This document shows, in pieces, positions 59,901-64,000 of a stretch of DNA of 64,000 bases. Numbering within the stretch: position 1 is the stretch's first letter; each line of letters opens with the position of its first letter. The notes below the pieces were generated by a model that worked only from the letters and a program-made list of their open reading frames with translations, made no database searches and was not told the DNA's origin. This DNA comes from Vezdaea acicularis (lineage: Eukaryota): NCBI GenBank assembly GCA_026025075.1, contig JAPEUI010000058.1, positions 1 to 64,000 of the forward strand. The letters are read 5' to 3'. Made by a program: the position numbers and the translations under genes.

Positions 59901-62286
59901 CCAGCAGACTTGCTCGCGGCGAGAGTGGTGATTTCCGTGCCAATTTTGCTATCCGCCTTCTGACCGGACACAGCAACGTCAGGATCATCTGTAGAACGCT
60001 CAACCTCGTCCGTCTTGATCTTTCGGCCAACGAAATGGGAGTAGAGCTCGGTCTGAGAGATCAAGAAATTTAGCTTTCGCTTCTGTCGATTGTTCTCCCT
60101 CTCTTGCTCGGCCCGTTTAGCATTCTCTAGCTCTTGCTTCTCAGCCACTCGGCGGAGGTCACGCTCTTCACGTTCGTTCCTCTTCCAGAAGCCCATCATC
60201 TCTCGCATGCATCGCTTCGCCCGAGCTTGAGCATCCTTCGTACTCTTATTCGTCTTGAGCTGCCATCTACGAGCCTCCTTAGAAGCCAGCTGAGAGGTCT
60301 TCCGAAGGTTGGAATGCTTATTGCTATACGACTCATTCTTGATCCGGTGGACCTTCGGTATGCTTTTCCAGATGTGACTCATGATTTGATCATAGATTTG
60401 ATTGTATCCTTTGGAAACGAAAGGAACATAGACCGGGGGCGTGTCTTTACTCGCTTTCGATTCTCGTTTGAGCAGCTTGGCTGGCTCTTTGGCTTCTTCT
60501 TTAGGAGCGATCATGACAAGTTCGTTCCTCTCTTGCTCGGCATGGGCAGCTTCAGCCAAGTCCTTCTCCGCTTGCTTTTGCTCTTTGGACTTTCGAGGTC
60601 GTGCTCCACCCCGGCCCTTTTTCTTGGGAATCTCCGATGCAGAGGGATCCGTATTCGTTTGAAAGGAGTCCATGATACCCCCCTCCAAGTTAGGGGCCAT
60701 GGGCGTGACTTCTCGAAGTTCCTTCGGGTCATCACCCCCTTCTAGAATCCTCTTCGTTGTTCTGATCTTGATCTCTGCTTTTTGAGCCTCCTTGAGGAGT
60801 TTCGCTCGGCTTGCTGCATCAGACGCCTCTTTGACTCGCTGGAGGGTAGCATTACGCTTGATGGTCTCCGTTTGCACGGTCTTCTCCCGTCGGCGCTTGC
60901 GCTGCATATCTTTCTTCCGTTCCTTCTCGTCCTGGATCTCCTTATTGTGAACTTCTCTTGTTGCCTCGTCCTCATACTCAAGTCGGAACCGGGCTTGAGC
61001 CACCGCCACATGGCGAGAGAGTTGTTCAGCGAACTTATTAACGATGTGTGGGCGGCGTCGCTTTGGGGCAGCGTATGTTAGAAGAATAAGACTTGATTTA
61101 GAATGAGATGAGCTTACCTTGCGCCGTTCCGACTCTGCTAGATTAGCGGCATCATCCCTCTCAGACTTCAAGCTCATAAAGCGCCTTTTCCTCGCGTTAA
61201 ACTCGGGTATTTCGATGTCACTTAATTCCATTTCGTCGATATCTGCCATTGCTTTCTGGATGGCCTTCTCATTCTCTATGCTTGAGATTTTCTGCTTGAT
61301 CGGTCGTCGAGGTGCGGGCTTAGCCGTTATGATATTGTCACCATTCGACTGAGGTTTCAAGATATTATCGGTGGCTGGGGGAGGATAGACTGCAGTGGGA
61401 CCCGACATTGTGTTGAGGATGCTTCCTTTTACGGGCGCTGAGGCGACGATTGGGGATGTAGACTTCTTCCGAGGCTTCTTAACTGGAGCGGGTGAGTATG
61501 TTGGAGCGGGTTCAGCGTTCGAGCTCGAGAGGATGCTCGAGAAAGCCATCGGATCTGTGGGCCGGCTCATTCTCTGCGCCATGATATCAGCAAGGGCACA
61601 GTGTCATCAAGCTTTGAAAGATAATACCGTTGGTGAGGATTGTTCGTCTTTCGGTGCAACGTGCGTGGGGTCATAGTTATTCAACATAGCCGACGAGTCG
61701 GCCGCACTTCTCGCGGGCGACTGACTCATTTGGGTTGTCGGATGTGAATGGTTTGGGGCATACGTAGGCGAATGGTGTGGAGGGTGGTTTGAAGGTGGAG
61801 AGCGATGGACCCCGTTGTACGGAATCGCGTCTGCGGAAAACCCTTCGCGAGGCTGTCGAGAGACAATATTAGCATGAGGTCAACGAAAAAATAGCTCGAA
61901 TTTAGAAGATAATAAAGAATCGTCTAGAGATTGAGGTCAAGTCTTACCTGCTGGGCGGTCACCGGTGACCTGGAGTACTGAGAGCTATCCCAATGTGCAT
62001 TCCCATCTCCCTGGTCGGACGTTGGATCGTAGTAGGTTGGCTTTGCCTTGTGATCTCTCGAAGAGTACACGCCGTTGGAAGGCGAAAACCCATTCGCTGT
62101 CGGTGAGGGTTTTGGTCTGTGGTTGGGGCTCATACTCGAGGGGAGCGGAGCAGGCGTCAGGGGATGGTTGGAGTTGAGAAGGGATCGTGAGGTTGCATGT
62201 TCAGTCGGAACGAAGGACGTGCTGTAATGTGGGAGAGTGGGTGATCGCGCGGCGAGAGAAGAATCTGGCTGAGTCGTGTTCGACAT
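56997..62286 (-). CDS. INO80: Chromatin remodelling ATPase Ino80
   Basis: Exons 62286-61948, 61852-61628, 61573-61118, 61060-57244 and 57184-56997. DBINO region [30 protein letters not shown] and QAMDRAHR motifs. The N-terminal exons are less certain. Confidence 0.95.
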
Positions 62287-64000
62287 TTGTTCTCGCGCTC
62301 GTTCGTCTTCGTCCCCCCGTTGTAGCACGGTCTGGTGAAACATGCTGCGAACGCCGAATGCACCCTGATCAGGGCAAGCACGAGGAATCTATGTGTCGCT
62401 CCATAGGAAAGGACCTGATGTGCCGCGGAATTCGTGATGCGTCCTCACCTGGAGGGCCGCCCGAATTAGGCTGCGTGTCGGGTTGGGCGTACCCGCAAAC
62501 CTCGACGAATGTCTCGGCGTCGGCGTCGAAAAAACGACGTTATTGACGGTTGGACGGACGATCGTCGTGTCGACGGCCGACGGCGGAGGGTATTTTTTTT
62601 TTCGGTCGGAGGGACGATTCGGTGGGAATTACCTCAGGGCGAACGGGCTTTCACGCGAAGTCGTCCGGCTTTTTTTCGTTGTCGTCGTCTACGGTGGTAA
62701 CAAGGCTCGTCCAATAATGTGACGGTTAGTGTAGAAGAGCGGCGCGATGGAGGTCACGATGGGGGGTGGGATGGCGATGATGATGGCGACGGGATGGGGG
62801 ATGGCGGATGGAAGGGGATGGAGGTTGGACGAGGTGGACGAAAGGGACGTGGTGGTTTGGTGTGGCAGGATCCATCATTCAGGATACCTCGCACGTTGTG
62901 CTGAGCATTCATCTCCTGCTATTTCCCCCCGGCGGGCGCTCACGCGAAGCGTGTGTGGTAGTCGTTAGAAAATCGGGTTACTTCTACGAACATCCTACGG
63001 CGGCCGCCGCTCACGCCAAAGACGCACGGAGAGCGGGCGCGCGATGGCATCACGGGGCCGCTGCGTCGGGTCTGGAGAGAGCCATCTGTATTTGCGTGGG
63101 CTTCATCAATTCATTCCCTTCTGCTTCCGACTTCACCAGATCATCCTTTTCGCCTTGCGTTCCCACCCCCCGGACCGGCGACCGCGGTGCTGCTGTTGGT
63201 GTGGCCCCGTCTGAGTCGTTTGCGGGCCAGCGTGAGCGTGGGAACGGGTGCGCGTCAGCCAGGAAAAAGTTCTTTCTTCGCTCGCGCGGCCGCTGCGTGC
63301 TCGTCTGTGAGAGTCTCACGCTCGTCGCTCGTCTCTGCCTCCTCGCCATTCCCAAACAGCCGCTTCTTGTTGGATGCAGTGATAAAGGAGCAGCGCGTCA
63401 ATAATAACCGAATGCCTCATCGCCCCCCCCGTGCCCTCGCACTCTACACCGGGACACGCACATCTCCCGCTCGTCGCTTGAAAGGCGATGCGATATTTAA
63501 TGAATGGCGGTGCGTGATCCAGCCACTCGACAACTTCCCTCTGCCTGCCATGGATGTCGCCGCGAGGATGATGACAGTGGTGACCGTGATGATGCTTCCG
63601 TACAAGGCAAGATCGCGATCCCCAAGACGGAAAGTGCCGTCGCCCAATCCGTCTTAGGTCGAGCCGCCAACGACCCCTGTCAGGGCAGGCGTGACACGGC
63701 TCAGGTCCCGTGACCATGGCCCATTGTAGCTCCCTCTGCTTTCTCCATCATTGTATCACAACTCCAATAAACCTGATGTGTGAGATACACTACTATATCT
63801 CATGCACCAGCTATTTGCCAGCAGTGTTCGGCAGCTGCTGATGGCGCTTCCCTGAGGAACTCGTTTGAGACAGCAAGAGCACCCTCGCCCTGTCGCCTGA
63901 CGATTCATCCATCCCTACGCCCGCCCCTTACCTGACCTTAGCTGCATCCAGGCCCCACCAACTACTCTACACACTTGGCCAGTGAATCGATGAAGACCCT

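Noticed and set aside
62300..64000. ORFs upstream of INO80
   Set aside because: No recognisable protein; probably promoter or UTR sequence.

Overview
Intron-containing DNA from a filamentous ascomycete (Pezizomycotina-type GT..AG introns of about 45-95 nt, many with CTRAC-like branch points). Reading splice sites by eye gives about 19 protein genes. Housekeeping genes are a Utr2/Crh GH16 transglycosylase, chromate transporter, T5orf172/Mug113 protein, CTR9, a CRIB protein, ORC2, SEC61, ARG7, a YBT1-like ABCC transporter, PGS1, POP8, MMM1, PPT1, SPT4 and INO80. Two genes are absent from the ORF track: an 8-exon NDUFA12 and a small single-pass membrane protein. An accessory island at about 6-18 kb holds an alpha/beta-hydrolase-NB-ARC-TPR NLR and a Clr5-ankyrin protein, both with highly conserved internal repeats; the second is bracketed by degenerate direct and inverted repeats. 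The most notable unannotated element is a roughly 1.95 kb plus-strand non-coding segment (about 24290-26251). By eye it folds into nested long-range helices with a P6.1-like hairpin, a possible pseudoknot and a 3' Sm site, which resembles fungal telomerase RNA, but it has no canonical TTAGGG template on that strand. All exon and helix assignments are manual and were not computed.
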